Assembly (NCBI GenBank): GCA_965199855.1
Contig: OZ241326.1
Coordinates: 928,001 to 992,000, forward strand
Length of the DNA: 64,000 nt
Reading direction: 5' to 3'
Source of the DNA: a bacterium
Lineage (GTDB): Bacteria; UBA8248
The notes beneath the pieces are model-generated. The model was not told the origin of the DNA. It saw only the letters and a program-made list of their open reading frames with translations, and did not search any database. Below, one piece after another: positions 28,054-38,227 of the stretch. Both the position numbers and the translations under genes were made by a program. How positions within the stretch are numbered: position 1 is the stretch's first letter; each line of letters starts with the position of its first letter.

Positions 28054-31000
28054 ATGCGACAGGGCAAGACACAGACGTTCGGCGCCGCCGCGCGCGCCGC
28101 GCTTTTCGCCGCGACTCTGGCGGCGGCGCTCCTCCTCGCGCCGGGGACGGCGCAGGCGCGGGATGAATGCGGGGCGCTCGATTCGAATGGCGCGGCCACC
28201 TGCTCGAACGCGGCGTATACCAGCGGCATCCGCTACGACGTAAACAACGGCTGGGGCAACGGCATCGCCGGCGACATCACCCTCAGGGTCACGGGCGGGG
28301 CGGCGACGGCGATCACCTCCGCGACCGCCACCGGCTGGGGCAGCGGCATCGTCCTCCGGACCAACCGACACGCCAGCGAGACGCGCACCATCGACCTCAC
28401 GGTCGGCTCCGGCTCGAACAACGTGGATATCACGCAGAGCGCCGCCACCATCACCGGCGGATTCGACGACACCGGCGTCGTCCTCCATCACCAGGCCATC
28501 GGCGCTTCGCCGACGACGGCGACCCTGGGCGGCGGGGTCGATATCGGCACGTCGAGCGCCCCGATGCAGCGGAGCGGCATCCACGTGCTGGTGGAGAACG
28601 GCGGAAACACGGGCGACCACACCATCACGAGCGGGGCGACGATCCATTCCACGGCGTTCGGCATCATCATGGACAACCGGGGCGCGGGCGACACCGAGAT
28701 CACCAACTCGGGCTCCATCACGACCACCGAAACCGGCGGCAGCGCCAGCGACAAGTCCGGCATCCGCATCCTGGACTGGAGCCACAACCCCGCCGGCGGC
28801 AGCTACGGCGGCGACAGCAGGACCGCCGACACCACGGCCACGGTCACGAACTCGGGCTCCATCGCCGTGAGCGCGCAGTTCGCGCACGGCGTCCAGGTGG
28901 ACGCCATGGGCTTGGGGCTCTACAAGATCGTCAACAGCGGAAGCGGGACGAAGGGAATCACCGCGTCGGGCGCGGACGGACACGGCGTCATGGTGGCCGC
29001 CACCTGGCACACGGGCGCCGCCGGCTCCACGGCGGTCGAAATCGAGAACTCGGGCCGCATCACGGCGTCGGGCGCCAACGGGTTCGGCATCTACGTCGAG
29101 ACGGTTGGCGCGACGGGTCTCACGGCGACGCAGCACAAGGGCGACATCGAGATCACGAACAGCGGCTCCATCTCGTCGTCGGGGAACCACGCCGTCATCG
29201 TCAACGCGAACATGGGCGCCGTCTCCGTCACGCACTCCGGCGGCTCCATCGCCTCGTCGGCCTTCGACGGCATCCGCATCCACCAGGGCGGGACGGGCGC
29301 GGCGACGGTCGCCAGCGGCGCCGACGTCAAGGCGAAGCGCTGGGGCGTATTCGTCGACCAGCTGACGAGCGCGGGCGCCGCCTCCGTCACGCATTCGGCG
29401 GGCGCCATCGCCGCCGAGACCGAGAGCGGCGTCCACGCGCAGAACGCGGCCGGCAACGCGGCCAAGGTGGAGGTCATGGTGACGGGCGGCTCGGTGAAGT
29501 CGGACGGGCAGAGCAAGGCGGCCGTCTCGATTCTCCAGCGCGGGACGGGCGACGCCGTCGCCGGCGTCTCGGAGGGCGCGACGCTCACCTCGAAGCACAA
29601 CGCCGGCATCTACGCGGACCTCTCGAACGGGAGCAACGCGGCCGGCCAGATCAAGATCACCCAGGGCGGGACGATTTCGGGCCGCAAGGGCGTCTACGCC
29701 CGCGTGGGGCGCGTCAGCGCGCAGGGCGAGACGCGCGCGGCGGCGGATCAGCCCGCCATCGACATCGCCTGGACGGGCGCCTTCGCGCGCGGGACGGGAA
29801 CGGCGGAGAACGACGACGACCGCTTCCTCGCCCGGGACGTGGCGCACGCGGTCGCCGTCGCCCAGGAGGTGGAGGCCGAGAAGGCCATGCGCTACGGGCA
29901 GGCCGCGGGGGTCGAGGCGCAGGTCATGTCCTGGCGCGCCGTCATGACGGCCGTGGCGAAGGGGGACGACCCGGGCGAGATCACGGACGCGGCGGCGACC
30001 CTGGCGGGCGAGGGCGGGCCGGCCATCCGCGCCGCGTTCCGGGCGGTTCTGGCGAACGCGGACCTCGATGAGATTCCGGGGGCGGCCGCCATCAACACGG
30101 ACGGGACGGCGGGGCTGAGCAACGCGGAGATCGACGCGTATCTCACGGCGAACCCGGCCGTCCTCCGCAACGCCCTGGCGCAGGGCCTCTCCGACGCGGA
30201 GAAGGCGGTTCTGCGGGCGGCGACGACGAACACCGGGCTGGAGGCCGCCCTCGAGGGCGTGGCCGGCGCCGCGGACGCCTGGAAGGACGAGGTGCGGGCG
30301 CTCCTGGCGAGGTTCAACGCGGGCGACATCAGGATCGCCGTGAACGGGGGCTCCATCGACTCGCGCGGGGACGGCGTCCGCGCCTACTACGCGACGCCCC
30401 ACGCCGCCAACGGCGGGATTGACGTCACCGTCGCCGAGGGCGCGGAAGTCACGGGCGCGATGGCGGGCGTCTACGTCTCGGGCGCCGGACGCGGCGCGGG
30501 AGGCGTTCTCGACCAGAGCGTGACCGTGAACGGAACCGTGACGGGCGGGACGGACGCGGCCGTGCACCTGGTCGGCGGCGGCAGCCTGACCGTGGGCGAG
30601 AAGGGCCGGGTGCTCGCCGGCTCCTCGGGCCGGGCGGTTCTGGTGAACGAGCCGGGCCCGGCGGCGATCGTCATTCACGGAACGGTCCGCGGAGGCGCGG
30701 GCGCGGACGCGGCGGTGCATCTGACCGGCGGCGGTTCGGTGACGGTGGGCCGCTCCGGCTCGGTGGACGCGAACGGCGCGGACGCGGCGATTCGGGGCGA
30801 GGGCGCGGCGACGACCGTCACCATCCACATGGAGGGCCGGACGCGCGAGGACGTGGAAGCGGCCAGCGGGCGCGTGACCGGCGCCATCACGGGCTCGGGC
30901 GTCCGCGGCGTGACCTTCTCCGAGGTGGACGAGGACGGCGAGACGGGCTTCTCGCAGGGCGCGCCGGTGAAGGACGGCGCCATCGACCTCTCCGGGGTTC

Positions 31001-31959
31001 TGACCGGAGGCGGCGGCGCGCTGGCGATCCTGACGCTCGAGGGGTGCGCGGCGGGCTCCGACAAACGCTGCCGCATCTACGAGGCGCTGCCCTCCGCGCT
31101 CCTCATGATGAACCGGATGCCCTCCTTCGCCGAGCGCGCCTCCGCGCCCCGGGCCTCGAACGGCGCCTGGGGAAGCCTCGAGTTCGCGAGCGGCGAGTGG
31201 ACGGCCGACAAGGCGGCGACCGGCAAGGCGGCGACGGGCGATGAGCTCGCCTACGACTACAGCCGCTTCGGCGGGCGCGCCGGCTTCGACTTCATCGGCC
31301 GGAGCTCGCGGGTCGGCCTCTCCGTCCACGTGATGAAGGGAACGGCGGAGCTGGACGGCGAGGGCGAGATCGCCCTGAACGGCATGGGCTTCGGGGCGTC
31401 GCTCACCTGGACGGGCGGGGACTTCTACGTGGACGCCCAGCTCCAGGCGACCTGGCTCGACGCCGAGATCGACGCGGACATGAGCGGCAAGCTGGAGAAG
31501 GAAGCCACCGGCCACGGCTTCGGCCTGGGCGTCGAGGTCGGGACCCGCGCGGCGATCGCCGACGGCCTGTTCCTCACCCCGCGCGCGGCGCTGACCCTGA
31601 CGACGGCCGACCTGGGCGACTTCACGGACGACCGCGGCGCGGACCCCGCGCGCGTCTCCGTCGAGGACGCGCAGAGCTCGAAGGGGCGGCTGGGCGTCAT
31701 GGTGGACGCGCCGATGGCGGACGGCGGCGGCCTGTTCGCGACGCTCGACCTCGAGCAGGAGTTCTCGAACGAGACGAGCGTGGAGGTCTCGAACCTCAAG
31801 CTCAAGACCGAGACCCCGGCGACCGCCTTCCGCCTGGGCGTGGGCGGCGCCTTCTCGCTCGGCGAGGGCGTGGCCGTGAGGCTCTCGGGCCACTACGAGA
31901 CGAGCGGGAGCGGCGCGAGCGAGTTCGGCGGCGGCGCGAGCCTGAGCGTGAGCTTCTAG
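28054..31959 (+). CDS. Autotransporter (type Va) adhesin-like protein
   Basis: Signal peptide, Gly/Thr/Ser/Ala-rich beta-helix-type repeats (ITNSGSI), C-terminal beta-barrel ending in SVSF. Confidence 0.88.
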   Translation: MRQGKTQTFGAAARAALFAATLAAALLLAPGTAQARDECGALDSNGAATCSNAAYTSGIRYDVNNGWGNGIAGDITLRVTGGAATAITSATATGWGSGIVLRTNRHASETRTIDLTVGSGSNNVDITQSAATITGGFDDTGVVLHHQAIGASPTTATLGGGVDIGTSSAPMQRSGIHVLVENGGNTGDHTITSGATIHSTAFGIIMDNRGAGDTEITNSGSITTTETGGSASDKSGIRILDWSHNPAGGSYGGDSRTADTTATVTNSGSIAVSAQFAHGVQVDAMGLGLYKIVNSGSGTKGITASGADGHGVMVAATWHTGAAGSTAVEIENSGRITASGANGFGIYVETVGATGLTATQHKGDIEITNSGSISSSGNHAVIVNANMGAVSVTHSGGSIASSAFDGIRIHQGGTGAATVASGADVKAKRWGVFVDQLTSAGAASVTHSAGAIAAETESGVHAQNAAGNAAKVEVMVTGGSVKSDGQSKAAVSILQRGTGDAVAGVSEGATLTSKHNAGIYADLSNGSNAAGQIKITQGGTISGRKGVYARVGRVSAQGETRAAADQPAIDIAWTGAFARGTGTAENDDDRFLARDVAHAVAVAQEVEAEKAMRYGQAAGVEAQVMSWRAVMTAVAKGDDPGEITDAAATLAGEGGPAIRAAFRAVLANADLDEIPGAAAINTDGTAGLSNAEIDAYLTANPAVLRNALAQGLSDAEKAVLRAATTNTGLEAALEGVAGAADAWKDEVRALLARFNAGDIRIAVNGGSIDSRGDGVRAYYATPHAANGGIDVTVAEGAEVTGAMAGVYVSGAGRGAGGVLDQSVTVNGTVTGGTDAAVHLVGGGSLTVGEKGRVLAGSSGRAVLVNEPGPAAIVIHGTVRGGAGADAAVHLTGGGSVTVGRSGSVDANGADAAIRGEGAATTVTIHMEGRTREDVEAASGRVTGAITGSGVRGVTFSEVDEDGETGFSQGAPVKDGAIDLSGVLTGGGGALAILTLEGCAAGSDKRCRIYEALPSALLMMNRMPSFAERASAPRASNGAWGSLEFASGEWTADKAATGKAATGDELAYDYSRFGGRAGFDFIGRSSRVGLSVHVMKGTAELDGEGEIALNGMGFGASLTWTGGDFYVDAQLQATWLDAEIDADMSGKLEKEATGHGFGLGVEVGTRAAIADGLFLTPRAALTLTTADLGDFTDDRGADPARVSVEDAQSSKGRLGVMVDAPMADGGGLFATLDLEQEFSNETSVEVSNLKLKTETPATAFRLGVGGAFSLGEGVAVRLSGHYETSGSGASEFGGGASLSVSF

Positions 31960-31984
31960 GCGCGCTGAGCCTGACGGATTCACG

Positions 31985-32028
31985 ACCGGGCGCGGGGACG
32001 CGCAAACGCCCCCGCGCCCGGTTTTTTT
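31985..32028 (+). terminator. Intrinsic terminator
   Basis: ACCGGGCGCGGGG...CCCCGCGCCCGGT followed by a T-run. Confidence 0.85.
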
Positions 32029-32058
32029 ATGGAAACCCCCGCCGGTTCGATCTCCACC

Positions 32059-32445
32059 GTAGGGGCGGTTCGGGAACCGCCCGCGACACAAACGGAAAAC
32101 AACGCGGGACGCATATATGCGTCCCCTACGGGTGAATCACGCCCTCCGCCCCCGTAGGGACAACCCCCCGTGGTTGTCCTTCGCCGGGTTTCGCCGCCTC
32201 CGATGCGAATCCCTCCCCGAAACGGGCGGTTCACGAACCGCCCCTACGAAGGCGAATCGCGTTTGCCCTCCCCAACGGGCGGCCACAGGGGGCCGCCCCT
32301 ACGACCCCCGTCACCCATAGACAACCATCCCGTAGGGGTCGTTCGGGAACGACCCGCAATCACCGCCGAACGACGCGGGACGCATGAATGCGTCCCCTGC
32401 GGGCCGGGATTCGGATTCTGCGTAGGGGGCGCAAATTTGCGCCCC
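32059..32445. repeat. Large GTAG-REP cluster (8 palindromes)
   Basis: REPs near 32059, 32106, 32154, 32224, 32277, 32332, 32378 and 32422, in mixed orientations. Confidence 0.85.
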
Positions 32446-32540
32446 GTTTGCGGCGTTGCGGCGCCGCGCCCGATCTCGTATGATGCGCGGAATCACCCGG
32501 CGCGGACGCGCGAGCCGGGAATGAGACGGGGAGAGGCGCG

Positions 32541-32996
32541 ATGACGGAGTTTGAACTGGCGACGACGGCTTTCCAGAACGCGACGATTGAGTTTCAGAAC
32601 GCGACCCTCGAGTTTCAGAACGCGGCCCTTGAATTTCAGAAATGGGGGGTCGAGTTTCAGAAGTGGGGGGTGGCGGCGCAGTGGGTCGTCGGTCTTCTTC
32701 AGGTCGCCCTGATCGCCTACGGCCTTCGCCTCATGGAGCGCGGCGGCGCGCGGCGCGCGGCGCTCTCCGAGCGCCAGCACGAGGAGACGATGGCGGCCCT
32801 GAAGCGTCAGCACGAGGAGACGATGGCCGCCCTCGCCGAGGAGCGGGCCGCCTCGGAGCGCAGGCACGAGGAGGCGATGGCGGCTCTGAAGATCCAGCAC
32901 GAGGGGACGATGGAAGCCCTGAAGCGTCAGCACGACGAGACGATGACCGCGCTCACGGAGCTCATCAGGCGCACGGGGAGCGGAGAGAACCCCTGA
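32541..32996 (+). CDS. Repeat-containing single-TM coiled-coil hypothetical protein
   Basis: EFQNATL heptads, a TM segment, then RQHEETMAALK 11-mers; GGAGAGG RBS. Confidence 0.75.
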   Translation: MTEFELATTAFQNATIEFQNATLEFQNAALEFQKWGVEFQKWGVAAQWVVGLLQVALIAYGLRLMERGGARRAALSERQHEETMAALKRQHEETMAALAEERAASERRHEEAMAALKIQHEGTMEALKRQHDETMTALTELIRRTGSGENP

Positions 32997-33008
32997 GCGG
33001 GGCGGATC

Positions 33009-33356
33009 GCAGGGACACCACAAAAAAACCCCCTGTGGATGTCCTTCGCCGCCGCCGATGCGAATCCCTCCCCGAAACGGGCGGTTCCCGAATTGCGGGG
33101 CGGGCCCGAGGAGGGGCCGCCCCTGCGAAAACATGAAACCCTCGCCGCCCCCGCCGCAGGGGGCGTTCGGGAACGCCCCGCCGCCGATGCGAATGTCTCT
33201 TGAACATGGGCGGTGCCATCCCCTGCGGAACCGGCCCCGCGCCCCGGTTCCGGATTCCGGCCTTCGCCGGAATGGCGGGCTTTGCGGCGGCGTTCGCCGG
33301 AGGAGAAATCTCCGCCGAATGAACCGGCGCGGGACGCATATATGCGTCCCCTGCGG
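33009..33356. repeat. REP cluster (GCAG variants)
   Basis: Same palindromic cores as the other clusters, with GCAG in place of GTAG. Confidence 0.7.
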
Positions 33357-33429
33357 GGGGCGGGGCGGCGTGATTCGATTGCAGGGCGCGCGCCCGCGCG
33401 CTTCCGGCGGGGCTTCGCGGGGCGCGGGG

Positions 33430-34563
33430 TCAGGCCGGGCCCCCGGCGTCGGCGGGAAGCCTGCGGGGATCGGCGAGCTGCCCGCACGCCGCCGAGATGT
33501 CGCCGCCCTTGGCGGCGCGCGCGGTGACGAGGACGCCGGCGGCCGACAGCTTCCGGCGAAACGCCTCGACGCGCCCGTCTTCGGGCCGCTCGAAGGGGGC
33601 GCCCGGAAACGGGTTCCAGGGAATCAGGTTCACCTTGCACCGAAGCCCGCGCAGCAGCCGGGCGAGGCGCGCGGCGTCGCGCTCCGAATCGTTGACGCTC
33701 CGGAGCAGGACGTATTCAAAGGTGACGCGCCGCCGCGCGCCCAGGGGCAGCTCCCGGCACGCGCCGATGAGCGCCTCCAGATTCCACTTGCGGCCGAGCG
33801 GCACGAGCCGCCCGCGCGTCTCGTCGTCCGCCGCGTGAAGCGACACCGCCAGGCCCGCCCCGGGAACGGCGGCGGCGAAGTCGCCCAGCCTGGACGCGAC
33901 GCCCACCGTGGAGACGGTGAGCCTTCGGGGGCTGACGCCCCCGGCCGCCGGATGGGTGAGAACGCGCGCGGCGGCGACGGAGGCGTCGAAATTGTCGAGC
34001 GGCTCCCCCATGCCCATGAACACGACGTTGTGAAAGCGCGCGCCCTCGGGCAGGAGCCTCCTCGCGGCGAGAAGCTGGCCGACGATCTCGCCCGCCGTCA
34101 GGTGCCTCACGAAGCCCATCCTCGCCGTGAGGCAGAACGCGCAGCCCATCGCGCAGCCCGCCTGGGTGGAGACGCAGAGCGACCACCGCCTCGCGCCGGC
34201 GGCGCTCCGCATCGGGACGCGCACGCTCTCCACCCGCGCGCCGTCCCGGAGGCGCCAGGCGTATTTCTCCGTCCCGTCGGCGCTCCTGCTCCGCCGGTCG
34301 AGCTCGAGCGCGCCTACGCGCGCCGCGGCCGAGAGCTTCTCCCGCAGGCTCCCGGGGAGGTTCGTCATCCGCGAGAAGTCCCTCGCGCCGCGCGCGTAGA
34401 GCCATGAGAACAGCTGCCGCCCCCTGTATGCGGCCTCGCCCATCTCCTCGCACAGGGAGACGAGCGCCTCCTCCTCCATGCCGAGGAGGTCGAGGGGTTC
34501 GGCGAGCCCCGTCCGCTCCCCCGCGGCGACTGCCCCCGCGTCCCGCTTCATCGCTTCGCCCAT
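33430..34563 (-). CDS. rlmN: Dual-specificity RNA methyltransferase RlmN
   Basis: CAMGCAFC, MGMGEP, VNLIPWN, DISAACGQL. Confidence 0.95.
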   Translation of the reverse strand: MGEAMKRDAGAVAAGERTGLAEPLDLLGMEEEALVSLCEEMGEAAYRGRQLFSWLYARGARDFSRMTNLPGSLREKLSAAARVGALELDRRSRSADGTEKYAWRLRDGARVESVRVPMRSAAGARRWSLCVSTQAGCAMGCAFCLTARMGFVRHLTAGEIVGQLLAARRLLPEGARFHNVVFMGMGEPLDNFDASVAAARVLTHPAAGGVSPRRLTVSTVGVASRLGDFAAAVPGAGLAVSLHAADDETRGRLVPLGRKWNLEALIGACRELPLGARRRVTFEYVLLRSVNDSERDAARLARLLRGLRCKVNLIPWNPFPGAPFERPEDGRVEAFRRKLSAAGVLVTARAAKGGDISAACGQLADPRRLPADAGGPA

Positions 34564-34807
34564 GGCGTCATGGTTCGTCCTCTCTCCTCGCTTCCCGCCC
34601 GCATCATATCACGGCGCGGCGCCCGTCTTCGCGCTTGCGCGCCCCCTCATGGTCGCCTATTCTGGGAAAAAGGCGGGGAGCCGCGTCCCGAGGCGGAGGT
34701 TCCGGCTGAACGGCCGGATTTCCCTTGTCCCTCATCCCCGGCTTCGCCCGAGCCGCAGGGAAGGCGTCCGGGCGCCGCCCTTGAACACGCTCCCGGGAAC
34801 GCGCTCC

Positions 34808-35539
34808 ATGAGCCTTGTCGTCATCGCGCCGCTCGCGATCTATCTCCTGCTTCTCGCGCCCGAAGTGGCCGACCTGCTCCGGGGGCGCGGCGGGCGCGGA
34901 CGGGCCGGATGGCGGCTCCCCTTCGCCGGAATCGCCCTGGCCGGCGCGCTCGCGCTCTGCGCCTACCCCCGGGCGCTTCTCCCGGAGTGGGAGAAGCGAA
35001 AAGCGATTCCGATTCCCGGCAGGAAAGCGGGCATCGACGATTCCATGCCCCCCGGGACGGGGCGCGCCGGCGTATTCTGGCACATCCACTATTTCTCGAA
35101 GCATTACGGGGTGGACCCCCTGCTGGTGCGCGCCCTCATCGAGGTGGAGAGCGAGTTCAACCCGAGGGCGGTCTCGCGCATGGGCGCGAAGGGGCTGATG
35201 CAGATCAACCCGCTCACGGCGAAGCACCTGGGAATCAGCGACGTCTTCGACGTCCGCGAGAACATCGAGGGCGGCGTGCGCTACCTGCGGCACCTGCTGG
35301 AGCTATACGGATGGAATCTGCGCATGGCGCTGGCTTCCTACAACGCCGGCCCCGCCAACGTTCAGCGCTACAAGGGAATTCCCCCCTTCCCGGAGACGCG
35401 CCGGCACGTCGCGCGGGTCATGGCGGCGTATGAGCGCCTCAAGAGAACGGAGCGGGCGTTCGGCGGCAAGGCCCGGCGCGCCCCTGCGCTTCCGCAGTCG
35501 CCCGAAGCCCGGACGAAGGCGGACGAGCGGGCCCGCTAG
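34808..35539 (+). CDS. Lytic transglycosylase (SLT domain)
   Basis: IEVES, GAKGLMQ, ALASYNAG, PETRR. Confidence 0.9.
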   Translation: MSLVVIAPLAIYLLLLAPEVADLLRGRGGRGRAGWRLPFAGIALAGALALCAYPRALLPEWEKRKAIPIPGRKAGIDDSMPPGTGRAGVFWHIHYFSKHYGVDPLLVRALIEVESEFNPRAVSRMGAKGLMQINPLTAKHLGISDVFDVRENIEGGVRYLRHLLELYGWNLRMALASYNAGPANVQRYKGIPPFPETRRHVARVMAAYERLKRTERAFGGKARRAPALPQSPEARTKADERAR

Positions 35540-35894
35540 GGCGGCCCCGCGCCCCCTACGGGCGAGGCGGCAACGGTTTCGTAGGGGACGCATTCATGCG
35601 TCCCGCCCGCCGATCGGCGGGGATGCTGGTTTCGCGTTTCCGTAGGGGCGGTTCGCGAGCCGCCCGTTTTAGACAGTGGGGGACGACAACTTGGCGATTG
35701 TCCGTTTGGTTGGTGGGGCGGGGCGTTCCCGAACGCCCCCTACGGGATTTTCGCGCGGCGGCGGGAGGTGAACCCGGCGAAGGACAACCACAGGGGGTTG
35801 TCCCTACGATCCGCATTACAACCCGGAACGGGCCGCGAGGATGCGCCCCCTACCGTGAAGGTGTGACGGTTTCGTAGGGGCGCATATATGCGCC
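35539..35894. repeat. GTAG-REP cluster (about 7 palindromes)
   Basis: REPs near 35581, 35642, 35720, 35781, 35830 and 35874 between convergent genes. Confidence 0.82.
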
Positions 35895-35912
35895 GCCGCG
35901 CTTCCCTGCTTC

Positions 35913-37010
35913 TCAGGGAGGCGGGAGGGGCGCGCCGTAGAGCAGGGTCGCGTCGCCGCCCAGGAGCCGGCTCCTCATGGGGCGGAACCTGCGTATCCAG
36001 GGCGCGAGGGCGGGCTCCCGGCGGCGGGCGTAGCGCGCCTCCATCCAGGCGAGCTTCGAGCCGTCGAGGCGCCCCACCCAGTTCTGCCGCTTTCCGGTTT
36101 TGAGGACGAAGAACGCCGGATCCGAAAGCCCCGCCGCCGCGCGGGCGACGAGCCGCGCGAGGGGGGCGTCGTCGAGGGCGTATCCGTTGCGCGCGCCGAG
36201 TTCGGCGATCATCGCCAGCGCCGCCGCCGCGTAGAGGTGATAGTGAAGCGCCTTCGAGCCGCGCGCGAGTTCGAGCGGCAGCGCGCCCTCGGCGGTTATC
36301 TGGCGCATGGCGGCGCGGAAGCGCGACATCGCCCAGTCGAGGAGGCGGCGGTCGCCGACGACGACGGCGGCGAGTCCGACCGACCAGGCGGCCCAGTAGG
36401 CGTGGTTGTTCCTGCGGCTCGTCAGGCGGGCCTTGGCGGGATCCGCGTAGTCCGCGTGGACGAGGCGCGCCCATTCGCCGATCCACCGCTCGACCGCTCC
36501 TTTCCGCGCGGCGTCCAGCCCCCGGGCGCCGCGAATCTTGAGATAGGCCATCGAGATCGCGCCGAGCGCCCATTTGCGCTCGTAGCCCCCCTGCCGGCTG
36601 ACCCGGCCCAGAAAGGCGCCCGCCCGCGCCCAGCGGTCGAGCCACGCCAGCGCGCAGGCGGCGATTCGCGGGCGTCGCGTCTCGAGGTAGCGGTCGGTTC
36701 GCGCGAGGAGGGCGCGCTGAAAGGAGCGGACGGGAGCGCGCGCCGCGCGGTAGCGGCGCATGGCGGCGGGGTCGATGACGGAGGAGCCGCTCCCCTTCGC
36801 GTAGAAGCCCCGGAAGGTCAGGTCGCGCACGGGCGGGGGAGGCGCGCCGCAGGGGGCTTCGCGCCCCTGCTCCCCCTGCGCGCCGCGCGGCTTCGGGAGA
36901 TCGAAGGGCGGCTTCAGGCGGGCGCGGGACGCCGCCGGCGGGACGCCGCGCTCCGCCGCCGCGCACGCGCCCAGGGCGAGGCAGACGATGAGCGGGAGGA
37001 GGCGCTTCAT
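35913..37010 (-). CDS. Alginate lyase family (AlgL/PL5-like) lipoprotein
   Basis: NNHAYW motif, ELARGSKALHYH, lipobox LGAC. Confidence 0.85.
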   Translation of the reverse strand: MKRLLPLIVCLALGACAAAERGVPPAASRARLKPPFDLPKPRGAQGEQGREAPCGAPPPPVRDLTFRGFYAKGSGSSVIDPAAMRRYRAARAPVRSFQRALLARTDRYLETRRPRIAACALAWLDRWARAGAFLGRVSRQGGYERKWALGAISMAYLKIRGARGLDAARKGAVERWIGEWARLVHADYADPAKARLTSRRNNHAYWAAWSVGLAAVVVGDRRLLDWAMSRFRAAMRQITAEGALPLELARGSKALHYHLYAAAALAMIAELGARNGYALDDAPLARLVARAAAGLSDPAFFVLKTGKRQNWVGRLDGSKLAWMEARYARRREPALAPWIRRFRPMRSRLLGGDATLLYGAPLPPP

Positions 37011-38227
37011 CCCCGACGGCGTCCCGCCCGCCCGGCGTGGATGAGCCAGGCGAGGCCGGTGGCGACGAGGCAGAGCGCGGCGTAGAAGAGGAACGATTCG
37101 CGCAGACCCGCCGCCTGGGCGATGAGCCCCCCCAGAAAGGGCGACGCGACCGAGGCCGCCTCGTTCGCCGCGTACATGAGGCCGACCGCGCTCGCGCGGT
37201 TTTTCTCCCGCGTCTCGCCCGTGGTCAGCGCGAGCATGAGGCTCTGGGAGGGATTCAGCCCCGCGCCCAGAAGCGCCAGCAGGCCGAAGGAGACGAATAT
37301 CGACTCGGCGCGAGAGAGGAGGGCGAGCGCCAGGGCGCTCGCCGCCATCATGCCGAGGAGAACGCGCGTCTCGCTTCCGCCGTCCGCGCGCTTTCCCCAG
37401 AAGAGGGCGAAGGCGGCGCCGACGAGAAAATAGCCCGTGATCGCCCAGCCGATTTCGATGGTGCCCAGCCCCATCTCCTCCGCCAGCAGCAGGGGCAGGA
37501 AGGTCATGACGCCCCTGAGGCCCATCACCCGGCAGGAGGAGAGCAGCGTCATCAGAATCATGAAGCGATCGCCCAGCAGTTCGCGCGTCGTGGACTTCGC
37601 CGCCTTCGCCATCGAGGCGCCCGCGCCGGGGGCGTCGCGGAACCTGAGCCAGACGACGAGGGCGCAGACGGCCCCCGGCAGGACGAAATACCGCGACGCG
37701 GCGCGCCAGCTCCCCAGATGCGCCGTGAGCCAGCTCATGATCGCGGGCGTCAGGACGCTGCCGAAGTCCCCGCCCGCCTTGAACGCGCCCATGACAAGGC
37801 CCCTGTTTCCGTGATTTTCCCGGGCGAGGAGCGAGACCGCCGCCGGGTGGTAGGCGGAGCAGCCCAGGCCGCTCAGGAATACGAGGGCGAGCAGCCCGGC
37901 GTAGGTGGCCGAATCGCCGTAGAACCAGACGGGCAGGGCGTTCGCGAGCAGGGAGAGCGCCAGAATGAGGCGGGTTTTTCCCGTAAAATCGCCCAGAAAG
38001 GAAATCGGCCACTGGAACAGGCCGCTTGAGAGGGCGTAGATGGAGGCGATGAGCCCCGTCTGCGCGTAGTTCAGGCCGAAGTCGGCCATGATGAGCGGCA
38101 GGACGGGGGTGAGCATCCGGCCATAGACGGAGTTCGCCGCGTGGCTCGCCGAGATGGCGAGGACGCCGCCGCCTGCGTTCATGCGCGCTCCCGGGGCGGG
38201 CGATTCAGCGAGGACGGGAGTCTTCAT
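37007..38227 (-). CDS. MFS transporter (Fsr-like)
   Basis: Multi-TM pattern, AYHPAA, RGLVMG; stop overlaps the lyase start. Confidence 0.88.
   Translation of the reverse strand: MKTPVLAESPAPGARMNAGGGVLAISASHAANSVYGRMLTPVLPLIMADFGLNYAQTGLIASIYALSSGLFQWPISFLGDFTGKTRLILALSLLANALPVWFYGDSATYAGLLALVFLSGLGCSAYHPAAVSLLARENHGNRGLVMGAFKAGGDFGSVLTPAIMSWLTAHLGSWRAASRYFVLPGAVCALVVWLRFRDAPGAGASMAKAAKSTTRELLGDRFMILMTLLSSCRVMGLRGVMTFLPLLLAEEMGLGTIEIGWAITGYFLVGAAFALFWGKRADGGSETRVLLGMMAASALALALLSRAESIFVSFGLLALLGAGLNPSQSLMLALTTGETREKNRASAVGLMYAANEAASVASPFLGGLIAQAAGLRESFLFYAALCLVATGLAWLIHAGRAGRRRG

Noticed and set aside
14452-32091. Very long antisense ORFs (14452..17871 +, 19495..21381 -, 22592..24811 -, 27994..32091 -; also 47038..49866 - and 61357..63732 +)
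   Set aside because: Shadow ORFs opposite well-supported genes, as expected in high-GC DNA.
32059-35894. REP clusters as IS ends or a CRISPR array
   Set aside because: No transposase or target duplications; cores vary, orientations are mixed and spacing is irregular.
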